Origin: a virus
Taxonomy: Duplodnaviria; Caudoviricetes
IMG/VR virus record: IMGVR_UViG_3300025577_000005
Coordinates: 1 to 64,000 of that record
Reading direction: 5' to 3' (one strand)
Length of the DNA stretch: 64,000 nt
Position numbers and translations under genes: made by a program. The notes under the pieces are model-generated. The model did not search any database. It was not told the origin of the DNA and was given only the letters and a program-made list of their open reading frames with translations. Position 1 is the stretch's first letter, and every line of letters begins with the position of its first letter. Below are positions 8,605-19,260 of this stretch, one piece after another.

Positions 8605-10806
8605 TTAAACGTTACCGATTACTTCATTAAATGAAACACCAGTTCTGGTGGCAACAAATGTAAGACCAATGAAGTTGATTGATCTTGCAGGTTTGATGAA
8701 GATTTCTGCCACAAACTCGTTATTATCTATAATTGCAGCAGTGTTATTTGTTTCATCGCAAATAACAACATAATCTTGAATACCTCGTTTTGCCTGAACA
8801 TCACGGAGGAATGGTTCAACAATATTTACAAAATTGGTTCTTGTAATTTCATCGTTGAACTCGAAGAGTTGGTCCCTTGCGGCAGCAGAAATTGAATCCT
8901 CAAGGAAGATAAACAATCTACGAACGTTAATACGATCAAACGCTGATGATTTTGCAAGTGCAGTCTTATCTCCAAATAGTGTAATACCACCACCGGGTGA
9001 AACAATAACTGGATTGATTCTTGCGGAATACAACCGATCTCTTTGTGTTTGAGAAGGATTATAAGTCAGTTTAACTGCATTGAGAACTGCACCTCTTGTA
9101 GTTCCAGCAGGTGAGAACCATGGGAAGTTATCAATATCATTACGAGCACAAATACCGGCAATGTCTCCATTTAATGGGATATAACGGAAGGTGTTTGCAA
9201 ATCTATCATACATGTACTTATATCCACTATCAAAGATTGCATAAGATGATGATGTTAGTGGTGAGAAGAATTCTAATATATTTTCAGTGATAGTTTCATC
9301 ATTATTAACTGTAACAGATCCTGCAGCAGTATCAATAATGAATGCTTTTCTATATGGAGAGATAAACGCAAGAGAATCTTTTCTCAGATTAGCAACTGCA
9401 ATTAATTTATTTGCAAGTGCCTGTGCGGTTTCTTTTTCATAATTTGCAGATCCCATCATGAGGAAATCTACTTTATAATTCTCTGTGTTTTCAAATAAAC
9501 TATATCCGGCAACTAATTTGTTTAGATCGACCGAAAGTGCTCCACTACCACTGATTGTAGACCCTCCATCATAATTCTTACCACCTTCCATAACACCATT
9601 GGATTTACCAATAGTCTTAAAGATAGTTCCTTCTGCTTCTTTGTCCCAACTTCCTCCAGTAACTGGAGTAAATCCACCGGCAGCAAATCCGATATCAACA
9701 GTTCCAGATGGCTCATCACCACCAAAAACAAATGCTGAATTTGTTTTTAGATAAGATCTCCAATAAGAAGGTGATCCTGCAGAATATTCTGCATCAGTCG
9801 CTTTGGAAAGATTAAGATGTTTTTCAAGAATTGTTCCTGCATTTCCAGTAACTTTACCATCACCATCAATAATTACAACATGAACCTCATCAAATCTTGC
9901 TCCTCTATCAGCAGCATATTGTGAAGTTCCTGGTTTATCTCCAACAGTATTCCAAGGTTGAGTTGTAGTAACTGTCGATCCACCAACGGTTGAAGTAGAA
10001 ATTGCTACCGTTTGTTGTGAGAACCAATCCTGTCTTGCAGTATATGCAGTAGATCCAAACGATGCTGCTGTAGAAGCAGTATGAATTGCTACATTTCCAG
10101 TATTAGTGAATGCAAAAACTCCACCCTCCTGATAGTCTTTAGCAGTTTCAGTTGCTCCATCAACTTGTGAAAGAACTTTAACACTGATTTGTCCAACACC
10201 AACTTCGGTAATCATACCTTTAAGGTGTCCAGTAAGTGCTGTTGTTGTTCCTGCACCAATATCAGTTTTTCCGACTAAGGTTTGGGTAATACCCATTCCA
10301 ACTGCAATATTAGAAGCTCCACCATTGATTCCTGTAGTATCAATTCCGGTAAGAACCTGATCTGCCTTTGCGTCGATAATACCGATTCTAATTCCATCTG
10401 CCCAAGATCCTGGATTCTTGGAAACAAATGTTTTACCGGTAATTACATTATCATCGTACTGAAGTTGCTCATAGTGCTCAATACTTTTAATTTTAATTGA
10501 ACTTCCTGTACCAACAAAAGCATTCTGAAGATGATCATCATCTGCTCTAACAATTCTCATCTGAGAACCATATGCAAGATATGATGAAGCAGTGAGCCAA
10601 TGCTCATAATGCTTATCATTACTATATGGTTTTCCAAAATTATCAAGTAAACCCTTTTCCGATCCTACTATTGTCGGAAGTTCGACAGGACCTTGTGCAA
10701 AAGGAGCAACAAGTCCACCAACTTTCGCAGAAGATGGATCAATTCTTCCTATAGTAAGATCTACTTCCCTTACCCTAATTCCAGGAGATGCTAAATTTAA
10801 TGGCAT
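8605..10806 (-). CDS. g18: Tail sheath protein gp18
   Basis: Likely start MPLNLASPGIRVREVD; PWFSPAG, FDRINVRRLF, FEFNDEITR, KPARSINFI. Confidence 0.97.
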   Translation of the reverse strand: MPLNLASPGIRVREVDLTIGRIDPSSAKVGGLVAPFAQGPVELPTIVGSEKGLLDNFGKPYSNDKHYEHWLTASSYLAYGSQMRIVRADDDHLQNAFVGTGSSIKIKSIEHYEQLQYDDNVITGKTFVSKNPGSWADGIRIGIIDAKADQVLTGIDTTGINGGASNIAVGMGITQTLVGKTDIGAGTTTALTGHLKGMITEVGVGQISVKVLSQVDGATETAKDYQEGGVFAFTNTGNVAIHTASTAASFGSTAYTARQDWFSQQTVAISTSTVGGSTVTTTQPWNTVGDKPGTSQYAADRGARFDEVHVVIIDGDGKVTGNAGTILEKHLNLSKATDAEYSAGSPSYWRSYLKTNSAFVFGGDEPSGTVDIGFAAGGFTPVTGGSWDKEAEGTIFKTIGKSNGVMEGGKNYDGGSTISGSGALSVDLNKLVAGYSLFENTENYKVDFLMMGSANYEKETAQALANKLIAVANLRKDSLAFISPYRKAFIIDTAAGSVTVNNDETITENILEFFSPLTSSSYAIFDSGYKYMYDRFANTFRYIPLNGDIAGICARNDIDNFPWFSPAGTTRGAVLNAVKLTYNPSQTQRDRLYSARINPVIVSPGGGITLFGDKTALAKSSAFDRINVRRLFIFLEDSISAAARDQLFEFNDEITRTNFVNIVEPFLRDVQAKRGIQDYVVICDETNNTAAIIDNNEFVAEIFIKPARSINFIGLTFVATRTGVSFNEVIGNV

Positions 10807-10840
10807 CTTGTTTGTCCTCGCATCCAAATTTATCTAAAAA

Positions 10841-10848
10841 TATTTATG
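10841..10848 (-). promoter_or_regulatory. Late promoter (CATAAATA)
   Basis: One mismatch to TATAAATA, upstream of g18. Confidence 0.65.
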
Positions 10849-10886
10849 AAAAGGGGTATTTTCAGTGGGGAAACCATGCGTGATAT

Positions 10887-11111
10887 TTACCAATCTGGAT
10901 ATTCCCATACAATTAATTTCTTTTTTTCTTTTTTATTGACTCTTTTCTTTGTACATACTTTACATTCATATGAATATGCAGATGGTAATGTTCCTCTATC
11001 TTTTCGAGTCAAATAAAAATCATCAAGTAAACTTTTGACTTCTCCACATACTCTACATTTGCGATCAAAAAATAATAAATGTTCTAGTTCTATCTCATCA
11101 TCAATGGACAT
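10887..11111 (-). CDS. Small Zn-finger-like protein (CxxC...CxxC)
   Basis: 74 aa with CRVC and CKVC; coupled to g17 stop. Confidence 0.7.
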   Translation of the reverse strand: MSIDDEIELEHLLFFDRKCRVCGEVKSLLDDFYLTRKDRGTLPSAYSYECKVCTKKRVNKKEKKKLIVWEYPDW

Positions 11112-12757
11112 TACCTATAGTCCCACATATATGAACGATCACCATACTCATCTGCATACCATCTATCCCCCGAATCATCTACAAAAGTTGTTTCACCATT
11201 AATTCCATCCTCAATAAATCCAAATGGAGCCATGTCCTGATCAATTTGATTTTTTTGCTCTTCATATATTCTTTTTCTTACATCATTCTCTGTCATCTCC
11301 TTAAAATATTCTTGTGCTACTAACCAGGAAAATATTACAAGACACATTGCCAAGTCATCATTACATCCTTCTTCTGCCTCAAAAGAATTTCCTTTTTGTG
11401 AAAACGTAGTTAGTTCTGATATAATTTCATAATCAGATGCAAGTAATTTATCATCTTCTACAAGAGTTTTGAGATTTGAACATCCCAATTTTTTAACTGC
11501 CGAAGTTGTGCGAACTCCAAGTTGAGTTTTTTTGCCAGAGAACCCTGTTCCCACTATCTGTCCATTTCTACCTCTCATAGTTGCCATTAAAATATTTTCA
11601 TATTCTAAATCATATTGAAGAATACTAGCAACTTGATCACCAATATCATTAACCTCTATCAATAACCAGGATTGATTATAACCTTTTGCTACATCAAATA
11701 TGATATTAGGAAATAGCATTGGTTTGATTTCATTATTTCTATATTTTGCAACTACCTTATAAGGAAACTCTGTGATATCAAAAACAATAAATGCTGAATA
11801 GTCATTACCAAGTCCACGAGCAACGTCAACTGTAATTAGATAATTATGATCCTCAATAGGATTTTCATAAACATCTAATCCGGCATTTCTTTGTATTGGA
11901 TCTTCATATACTAAAGTTTTGAGTTTTGATGGGTTGATAAGTGTATTAACAGAACCTAAGAACTCACATTCAAACTCAACCCGAAATTGTTGTTCCGATG
12001 TGTTTGCAATTGTTTGTTCTTTCCAAACAACATCTCTACCGGGAACTTCTGACCAGTGAACCTCTGTAGGAATATATTCGTTTTTATTTCTTTCCGCATC
12101 ATGCCACATACGGTAGAAATGATTCATACCGTGTGGTGTGGATACAATAATTACCTTTGTGCTTTTACCAGAAGTAATAGTAGGATAAACAGATGCAAAG
12201 AAGGAGTCAGCGACATGATTGGGGACGAATGCGAATTCGTCGAGAAATAAGATATTGAACGACATGCCTCGGACAGCACTCGCAGATGTAGATGATGCCA
12301 ATATCTTACTGCCATTTTCGAGTTCTATATTTCCTTTATTCCATACCAGAATACCTTGCTGCATCCATTTTGGCAAGTTTTCGTATGCGGTTGATAATCT
12401 TGCTAACAATTCTCTAGCAGTAGATGCTTTGTTTGCCAGAATACCAATGTTTACACTGTCATTGAAAAGTGCATAATGTAAAAGATATGATACCACAGTA
12501 GTAGACTTACCAGTCTGTCGTGGCATCTTGCAGATATTAAATCTATTGTTGTGAAAATTATGAATTAATTTCTCTTGAAAATGATATGGATGAAATTGTG
12601 TCAAACCTTCATCAAGAGAAACAATTTTAATATAATTGTTTGCAAAATAAACTGGATCTTGTTTACATTTTAGAAACTCAATAATTTGATCCTCTGTAAA
12701 CTCAATCGGAGTATTTGCTTTTTTTAATAATGGATTACCAAGATATACGTCACTCAT
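11111..12757 (-). CDS. g17: Terminase large subunit gp17
   Basis: Walker A PRQTGKST, Walker B LFLDEFAF, IIVSTPHG, nuclease VDVARG and DDLAM. Confidence 0.98.
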   Translation of the reverse strand: MSDVYLGNPLLKKANTPIEFTEDQIIEFLKCKQDPVYFANNYIKIVSLDEGLTQFHPYHFQEKLIHNFHNNRFNICKMPRQTGKSTTVVSYLLHYALFNDSVNIGILANKASTARELLARLSTAYENLPKWMQQGILVWNKGNIELENGSKILASSTSASAVRGMSFNILFLDEFAFVPNHVADSFFASVYPTITSGKSTKVIIVSTPHGMNHFYRMWHDAERNKNEYIPTEVHWSEVPGRDVVWKEQTIANTSEQQFRVEFECEFLGSVNTLINPSKLKTLVYEDPIQRNAGLDVYENPIEDHNYLITVDVARGLGNDYSAFIVFDITEFPYKVVAKYRNNEIKPMLFPNIIFDVAKGYNQSWLLIEVNDIGDQVASILQYDLEYENILMATMRGRNGQIVGTGFSGKKTQLGVRTTSAVKKLGCSNLKTLVEDDKLLASDYEIISELTTFSQKGNSFEAEEGCNDDLAMCLVIFSWLVAQEYFKEMTENDVRKRIYEEQKNQIDQDMAPFGFIEDGINGETTFVDDSGDRWYADEYGDRSYMWDYR

Positions 12758-12766
12758 AAAATCAAA

Positions 12767-14161
12767 TTAACAATTCCAAGCTCTTAATGATTTAGACAAT
12801 CTATCATCACCAGTATTATTGGAGGGTTTTTGCCTCTTCCGCATTCCCTTCATTCTTGCACAAAAACTTTTCCTACGAGGATTGCCAACTTTTTTACTAG
12901 GTGCTTTCAGATCACTACCAGGATTTTCTCTTTCATAAGACTTGCGTCCTTTTTCATTGAGTCCTCCAGACTTACTCTTACCTGATTTTTTAGTCCAGGC
13001 AGCACCTTCTCCAAGTTCACTCTTCCAATCAGATTGTTCAAATCTTACCTTTGGTTTTAATTTTTTCTTACCATCAGGAGAAGGAACAAACACTCCAGTT
13101 TCTGGAGATTTCATGTCTACACTATCAATATCACCATCCACATCAGCATCAATTCTTTTTGTTGCCTGAATTGCAAGTTTCTTCAAGTTACCACCACCAA
13201 TTCTAGATTCTTCTTTTTCTTCCTTCATTTTTTCACGTTTTGCTTTTGCCTTAGCAAGTAATCTTTGTTTTGCTGCTTCTCTCTCATCTTTAGGAATAGG
13301 AGTTACGGCACCAACTTTTTGATCAACATCACCAACATCATATCCTTCCTTCTTCACACAGTTGTTATAAGTTTTACCAAACATCTTTTTGGTTCCTTTC
13401 TTCTCATATCCCTTCCAACACTTCTGTCCCTCATCAATCTGTTCTTGCCCACCTTTGATGGGTTCTGGTTTGATAATATCAACGAACTCATATTCCATTG
13501 CCTGAAAATCGTTTCTCCAATCAGAATACTCTACAGACTCTGACTTATTTCCCCAGTTAGCAGCACCAACCTTACGGCACTTTACAAGTGCTCCGGAAGC
13601 ATATGCAGAAGGCCATACAGAATAACGTGACTTAACCTTCTTATAACAGGCATCTTTTTCACCTGCCTTTTCTATTACAGTTTCTTCAGTCTTCACGTTG
13701 ATTGCCTTCCCTTTTCTATCTGGATTTGGATCTTGACGTTGCTTTCTATTAAATGCTTTTTTCTCTTCCTTATCATCTAAATTTGCGGCCATTTTGCTGG
13801 ATCCACATTTTGGTTTTGTGGTTTGTCCTGGTTGTTTGGCACAGGGTTTTCCGGCATATTTACCACCCAATTGAACCCAACCAGGCTTGCCATCACTAGA
13901 CCTACTCTTGCCAAACCAGTCACGCAAAGAACTATCACCACTTTTCGATTCACTTACTCCTCCACCATTTCCACCATTCCCATTACCATTACCATTTCCA
14001 CCATTTCCATTACCGTTTCCATTATTATCACTATCTTCTCCAGATTCTTCTCCGTTTTCTTTGCGAAGATATCCACCAGATGCAACACGATATCCTAATG
14101 GAATTCGTTTACACTTTTTATCAGTATAACAGTAATAATATCCTTGCTTACACTTTTTCAT
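12767..14161 (-). CDS. Modular basic protein between g16 and g17, possible internal head protein
   Basis: 464 aa; short basic modules (SLRDWF...KPCA, ACYKKVKSRYSVWPSAYASG, CWKGY, GGLNEKGRKSY...SFCARM) joined by acidic linkers. Confidence 0.8.
   Translation of the reverse strand: MKKCKQGYYYCYTDKKCKRIPLGYRVASGGYLRKENGEESGEDSDNNGNGNGNGGNGNGNGNGGNGGGVSESKSGDSSLRDWFGKSRSSDGKPGWVQLGGKYAGKPCAKQPGQTTKPKCGSSKMAANLDDKEEKKAFNRKQRQDPNPDRKGKAINVKTEETVIEKAGEKDACYKKVKSRYSVWPSAYASGALVKCRKVGAANWGNKSESVEYSDWRNDFQAMEYEFVDIIKPEPIKGGQEQIDEGQKCWKGYEKKGTKKMFGKTYNNCVKKEGYDVGDVDQKVGAVTPIPKDEREAAKQRLLAKAKAKREKMKEEKEESRIGGGNLKKLAIQATKRIDADVDGDIDSVDMKSPETGVFVPSPDGKKKLKPKVRFEQSDWKSELGEGAAWTKKSGKSKSGGLNEKGRKSYERENPGSDLKAPSKKVGNPRRKSFCARMKGMRKRQKPSNNTGDDRLSKSLRAWNC
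13959..14029 (-). repeat. Gly-Asn low-complexity coding repeat
   Basis: ccattt/ccatta/ccattc hexamer reiteration encoding NGNGNGNGGNGNGNGNGGNGGG. Confidence 0.8.
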
Positions 14162-14175
14162 CGATGAAAAGTAGT

Positions 14176-14595
14176 CTATTCTTTATTATTTAGAAAACCT
14201 TGCTTGAGCATTTTTTGAAGTTCTGATGTAGAACCAACAAAGACTGCATTATTAGTAACATTATTTGTGGTTTTTTTAGTTTCGTCTTCTACATCCTTAA
14301 GTTTCTTCTGCAAGTCAATCAATTTATCAGTAGTATCTGCAACACTCTTAATCAACTGCCCTGCGACCTCGTATGCCCTTGGACTGCCTCCTTCCCCTGC
14401 TACCTCCATAATGCCGTTGATTGCCTCCTGACCCTTCTCTATAAGGGAGTAGAGGTTCGCACGACTATAAACATAATCCTTCTCTATATCATCATCCTTA
14501 GATTTTATAATCTCTGGTTTTTTGATTGGTTTTGGCTCCACAATATCACTATCAATATTCAGAGCCTCATCGATTGAATCATAATTATTATTCAT
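14176..14595 (-). CDS. g16: Terminase small subunit gp16
   Basis: DYVYSRANLY, PRAYEVAGQLIK, VFVGSTSELQKMLK; start may extend to 14604. Confidence 0.92.
   Translation of the reverse strand: MNNNYDSIDEALNIDSDIVEPKPIKKPEIIKSKDDDIEKDYVYSRANLYSLIEKGQEAINGIMEVAGEGGSPRAYEVAGQLIKSVADTTDKLIDLQKKLKDVEDETKKTTNNVTNNAVFVGSTSELQKMLKQGFLNNKE
14187..14193 (-). promoter_or_regulatory. Late promoter variant (CTAAATA)
   Basis: In the 3' end of g16, upstream of the 464-aa ORF. Confidence 0.5.
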
Positions 14596-14600
14596 AACAA

Positions 14601-15404
14601 TCAAATATCCTCTTGTCTAGTAGGACTATACTCCTTAGAATCTGGTAAGAAAGACCATTCTTCGGTAAATCCAAAGTCATCACTTGGATCTGCGGTAATT
14701 GGATCGACAGAAGCAACATATCTCATTTCACGTTTTGCGGTCTTTGTATCTGTGCTCGAAGAAATATCAGCTTGAACCTTACGAATAAGACCTTCGGAAG
14801 TTTCAGCAATAGAACCGAACAGATAAGTTTTAGCAGTAAATCTTAAAGTATAAATTAATGCTCTTCTCGTTTGGAATGATCCTTCATAATCATCTTGAAA
14901 ATCAATACTATCGAGAACAATTGGAATATCTCTTTTCTCTCCAATAGAACTGGCTAAATCTACAGTCAAATTAAATGATGGTTGAAAAAATGGAAGTATC
15001 TGCTCAATAATTTGAAGAGCATCATCATTTAACTTACTGAAAATATTAAGTTCAAATCCAATATTATATGGAACCGGCATAAAAACTTTTTTTGTTTTAT
15101 TATCAGTAGTATCGTTTGCCTTAAATGTTTGAGTAACTCCAGTTTTTCTAGTCGAATCATATTGAATTGTGGTCATCTCAAATGACATTCTAGGAAGAGT
15201 AATTGCAACAGATTTTGTTAATTGCTCTTGCTGTTCAATTTTTGCAAGAAATTTTTGCATTGGTCCATAAGAAAGACCAACTTTTGTTTCATCTAAAATG
15301 CTACCATCTTTCTTTGTATGTCTAATAGAAATATCATTAAACAACGTTCCAAAACTAATAATAGTTTTTCTTATAATTTCGTGATAAAAATATGTTCCTA
15401 GCAT
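14601..15404 (-). CDS. g15: Tail sheath stabilizer gp15
   Basis: YFYHEIIRKTIISFGTLFN, LPRMSFE, PVPYN, QILPFFQP. Confidence 0.93.
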   Translation of the reverse strand: MLGTYFYHEIIRKTIISFGTLFNDISIRHTKKDGSILDETKVGLSYGPMQKFLAKIEQQEQLTKSVAITLPRMSFEMTTIQYDSTRKTGVTQTFKANDTTDNKTKKVFMPVPYNIGFELNIFSKLNDDALQIIEQILPFFQPSFNLTVDLASSIGEKRDIPIVLDSIDFQDDYEGSFQTRRALIYTLRFTAKTYLFGSIAETSEGLIRKVQADISSSTDTKTAKREMRYVASVDPITADPSDDFGFTEEWSFLPDSKEYSPTRQEDI

Positions 15405-16831
15405 TAATAAGTACCAAATGGATTTGATTCTGAAAAGTCTAATATATTGTCTGCTCCTAATTCAAATTCTTCATTCGAATCATATGGATTATCATAACTT
15501 TCTAAATTATGTTCCTTGACAACATATGTAGCTGATGAAATTTCTCCCACAATAGTTTCACCAACATAAAATTTTCCCGTATTCAATGAAACTCTTAAGT
15601 TGACTGGTGGATCTATTGTGCTAACAGTAGTATCTCTTCTAAAATCTCTAACTACTGCTGTCAGACCTGATGTCTGTCCAGTAACCTTCTCATTATATAA
15701 GAATGTACCGACACCAACAGTAGAAAATGCACTAAAAGATACTTCCGGTGCTTGCGTATATCCAATTCCTGGATTCAAAATTCTCAAAGATTCAATTTTA
15801 TTACTAGAATTGATTGCAGCAATTGCTGTTGCAGTAATTCCTACACCAGGACTACCAATAACAACTTGAGGAGTAGTCGCATATCCCGCTCCAACATTGG
15901 ATACAACAAGAGAATTGACACTAAACTGAGTTCCTCCAACTGAACATGTAGCAGTTGCTCCTGTGCCACCACCACCACTTATTGTTATTGTAGGTGGGGA
16001 TGTATATCCACTTCCACCATTGGTTAATTCTAATCTAAGAATAGATTGGACATTTAATATAGAAGTCGTTACTGCTACTGCCGTTGCCGTATTTACTCCT
16101 ATATTTGGACTTGAAAAGGTTACCGTAGGAATAGAAGTATACCCACTACCATCATTATTTAAGAATATTTCGCTAATAGCATTATTACTAATTGTTGCCG
16201 TTGCAACAGCAGTAGCAGCAATTCCTGTAAGAACAATGGTCGAAATATATCCTTCGTCTTCTACAGTATTGTCAACTTCTTCAATATTAGTATCGACAAG
16301 TTCATTTTCATATTCATAAAGTTCGCAACTTAACTCATAAACATAATTAGTTCCCAATTGATAAAATGGTTTTTCTGATTCAACTCTTTTAATCTCAAAT
16401 AATCTTTCACCAAGAGGAAAATAGATCAGATCACCTTCTTTAGGTCTAGCAATCAAATCTGCAAAGTCATATTCTAAAATTAAACCATCTTTAATACCTG
16501 CAGATATGCCTTCTAGAAATGGTGCAATGAATTCTTGATATCTATCTCTTGAGATAGTTAAATTTATTTCATTTTTTAATCTCAATCCAAACTTTGTCAT
16601 GATGTCACTATCGGGAGCATATCCATCATAATTATTCAGATATGCTTCTATCAGAAAACTATCATCAAATTTTGACGATTGTATTTCTCTAATAATATCA
16701 TCGGTCTTAAAAATTTTTCTAGGAAGATAATAAACTTCTATACCATAAATTTTTAATTGCTCATTTATTATATCTTGAACAAGAAATTGTTCATTTGTAG
16801 ATCCTTGAAGAAAAAATGGATTTAATGCCAT
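15404..16831 (-). CDS. g14: Neck protein gp14 with cyanophage-type beta-rich extension
   Basis: EQLKIYGIEVYYLPR, PKEGDLIYFP, FYQLG, DFSESNPFG; internal GSGYTxxPT repeats. Confidence 0.93.
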   Translation of the reverse strand: MALNPFFLQGSTNEQFLVQDIINEQLKIYGIEVYYLPRKIFKTDDIIREIQSSKFDDSFLIEAYLNNYDGYAPDSDIMTKFGLRLKNEINLTISRDRYQEFIAPFLEGISAGIKDGLILEYDFADLIARPKEGDLIYFPLGERLFEIKRVESEKPFYQLGTNYVYELSCELYEYENELVDTNIEEVDNTVEDEGYISTIVLTGIAATAVATATISNNAISEIFLNNDGSGYTSIPTVTFSSPNIGVNTATAVAVTTSILNVQSILRLELTNGGSGYTSPPTITISGGGGTGATATCSVGGTQFSVNSLVVSNVGAGYATTPQVVIGSPGVGITATAIAAINSSNKIESLRILNPGIGYTQAPEVSFSAFSTVGVGTFLYNEKVTGQTSGLTAVVRDFRRDTTVSTIDPPVNLRVSLNTGKFYVGETIVGEISSATYVVKEHNLESYDNPYDSNEEFELGADNILDFSESNPFGTY

Positions 16832-16836
16832 ACTAA

Positions 16837-17679
16837 TTATCCAATAAAATCAAGAGGTGGTAATTCATATTCAGAAGACATCCTCTGCTTTATATCTTCT
16901 AATTCTCTTTGACCATCTTCAAATATTGCACGGCCATTGAGTTCAATTCCTCCTGGAAGTTTTACTCCCTGAAATTTAATTAAATTTTGTCCCCATTGTT
17001 TCTTTATTAATGCAGTAAGATACTTTTTAACAAAACTATCATTATAAACTTGAGAAAAACTTTCAGGATCAAGTGCTCGATAGCATTCGAGAACAAGATA
17101 TGTATCTTTAGATTGTGCTCCCCAATCAATATCTAGATACAATCTATCTTGCCTTTTATTAAATCTTACCTGTTTTTCTGTCGTCAGTAAAAAATCAATA
17201 TCTTCCAAATAAGATTTGGTCATTGCATATGTTAGTAAATCAACTGAATTGAAATAATAAAGATCATTCAAAAACAATTGATACTTAATACTAAACATTC
17301 CCCCGGAGATTGTGCTAGTATCAAACTTAAATATTTTTTCAACTCCTATAACAGAGTTTGGAACTTGAATATAGTTTGAAGTCTCATAAAAATTAAATGT
17401 TGTTGTTCCAAAACCAACAACATTTGCAGTTCCGGTTGTTGTTACAATACCTACTCCATCTGTTCCCTTGGCTCTTCCTCTATCAATATCATCTTGAGTA
17501 ATTTTATACTTAAGATACATTTTCTCAACACCATCATAATGTCTTTCATTAAAGTATTGAATAGTATCATCAACTAAATCATCAATCTGCTCATCAGCTA
17601 CATTTATTTCTAAAACTGGTGCTCCAAGTTGTCTTAGGCAATAATCAATAAGTCCTTGTCTAGTGCTAGGTTTTGCCAT
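16837..17679 (-). CDS. g13: Neck protein gp13
   Basis: YCLRQLGAPVLEINV, KKQWGQNLIKFQGVKLPGGIELNG. Confidence 0.95.
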   Translation of the reverse strand: MAKPSTRQGLIDYCLRQLGAPVLEINVADEQIDDLVDDTIQYFNERHYDGVEKMYLKYKITQDDIDRGRAKGTDGVGIVTTTGTANVVGFGTTTFNFYETSNYIQVPNSVIGVEKIFKFDTSTISGGMFSIKYQLFLNDLYYFNSVDLLTYAMTKSYLEDIDFLLTTEKQVRFNKRQDRLYLDIDWGAQSKDTYLVLECYRALDPESFSQVYNDSFVKKYLTALIKKQWGQNLIKFQGVKLPGGIELNGRAIFEDGQRELEDIKQRMSSEYELPPLDFIG

Positions 17680-18677
17680 CAGTAAGATCCTCCATCAATT
17701 ACCGAAGTCCAAGTAGGAATTCCTACATTGTTAGTTGTTAATACGAAATAACTTTCGGTTAATGCATTTTCCGTACTGGCAGCACCAATTAGTTTTCCAG
17801 TATTATCAAAATAAGCAATTCCATTTGGTCCATCATAATCGTTAGCATCATAATATAAACCTTCAGTAACACTTGCAAATCCGGTAATTATTACATTACC
17901 TTCAATATCAATATTACTATTAAAATCTAAATTTCCATTAAAAGTAGATATCCCAGAAACAAATAAATTGGTTGTAGTTACAAGACCAGAAAATTTCCCG
18001 TCTCTCCATCTTTGTGTTGTAATACCAATATCAAAAGTATTATCGACATTTGGAACCAAATTAGATACAAATTCTCCACCAACATCAATATCGTCAGTAG
18101 AAGAATCTCCAATTCCAATTGTGCCACCTCTAAATGTGGCATTTCCAATAAAGTTCGAAGTTCCGGCAACTTCTAGATTAGTACCTACATATAAATTATC
18201 ATCTACATATAAATCACCTCCAGTAGTGGTAATACCACCAGCAGAAGCAAGAGTTGTAATTCCTACAGACTTGAACGTTGAATTTACTGTTAATCCATTT
18301 AAGATGTCAACAGCAGCATTAATATCTAAATTAGAAGAAAATGTTGAGACACCAGCAACTTTTAGATTTCCTCCAATATTTACTGCTTTACCAATTCCAA
18401 TTCCACCATCAACAACCAAAGCACCACTCGTTGGTGATGAAGATTGAGTAGTATTTGAAAATGTTGCAATACCAGTAATATTGAGGGTTGACGAATCAAT
18501 CGTATCCGTCATATAGAAGGATTCTGTTGCCAGATCCCATACCAAAATCATTCCATCTCTAGTTCTTAGAGTGGAATTTACATCAGTTAAATTTAGTAAT
18601 CGTGTTGGTGGAGCAGAAGCATTGGATAAAACACGGATTACATTTTGAGAACCAATCCTGTCGTTGATATTGGGCAT
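17679..18677 (-). CDS. Putative virion fibre/structural protein
   Basis: SGALVVDGGIGIGKAVNIGG and other beta-rich G/T/I repeats; C-terminal IDGGSY; lies in the late structural operon. Confidence 0.7.
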   Translation of the reverse strand: MPNINDRIGSQNVIRVLSNASAPPTRLLNLTDVNSTLRTRDGMILVWDLATESFYMTDTIDSSTLNITGIATFSNTTQSSSPTSGALVVDGGIGIGKAVNIGGNLKVAGVSTFSSNLDINAAVDILNGLTVNSTFKSVGITTLASAGGITTTGGDLYVDDNLYVGTNLEVAGTSNFIGNATFRGGTIGIGDSSTDDIDVGGEFVSNLVPNVDNTFDIGITTQRWRDGKFSGLVTTTNLFVSGISTFNGNLDFNSNIDIEGNVIITGFASVTEGLYYDANDYDGPNGIAYFDNTGKLIGAASTENALTESYFVLTTNNVGIPTWTSVIDGGSY

Positions 18678-19012
18678 TACCTAGTGACTCCCCCTCTTAT
18701 TAGTGCTGCACCTTCCACAGCTTTAAATTCTTTTCCAAAATTTGTTAATTTCACATCAAAAACATATCTGCCAGGTTTTATATTAACAGTTTGTGATGCA
18801 TTCAATGAAATAGAAATAATTCCTAATTCGGGACTAGTTATTGACGATGCAAAAGATACAGATGTTGTAGAACCATAATGTTTTCTCAGTTTAGCTTCAG
18901 CAGAAGCACTAGTCAATATCAATGGAGAATTTGTTCTGGTATCTTCTAGTTGAAATGAAGTATCAAAATCAAATCCTTGTTCGATAACAATATTTGATAC
19001 ATAAACAGCCAT
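18677..19012 (-). CDS. Putative virion structural protein
   Basis: IVIEQGFDF...GRYVFDV...EG pattern common in T4-like tail modules. Confidence 0.7.
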   Translation of the reverse strand: MAVYVSNIVIEQGFDFDTSFQLEDTRTNSPLILTSASAEAKLRKHYGSTTSVSFASSITSPELGIISISLNASQTVNIKPGRYVFDVKLTNFGKEFKAVEGAALIRGGVTR

Positions 19013-19040
19013 TATTTTATGTTGCTAACATACCTTTAGA

Positions 19041-19048
19041 TATTTATA
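19041..19048 (-). promoter_or_regulatory. T4-type late promoter TATAAATA
   Basis: Exact consensus in the intergenic gap. Confidence 0.8.
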
Positions 19049-19065
19049 TGAATTATTGATAGTAA

Positions 19066-19260
19066 CTATTTACTCAAGAAATCTTTGAGTAAATTTTTTA
19101 TTTCTTCAATATCTTTTTTCATTTCATCTAACTCTTTTTTACGTAAATTTTTTTGTGCTAAAGAATTTACGTATTGATTATAATTGGCAGTGTCGCAATT
19201 TATAATACTGCCAGTATCTTCATCTCGATATAGATTTGAATATCCCTTTACTTTTATCAT
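19066..19260 (-). CDS. Small coiled-coil hypothetical protein
   Basis: MIKVKGYSNLYRDEDTGSIIN...; overlaps the stop of the VrlC-like gene. Confidence 0.75.
   Translation of the reverse strand: MIKVKGYSNLYRDEDTGSIINCDTANYNQYVNSLAQKNLRKKELDEMKKDIEEIKNLLKDFLSK

Noticed and set aside
2592-12757. Introns, inteins or homing endonucleases in g23, g20, g18, g17
   Set aside because: ORFs are continuous and of ordinary length; the Zn-finger ORF at 10887-11111 has no visible HNH or GIY-YIG catalytic motif
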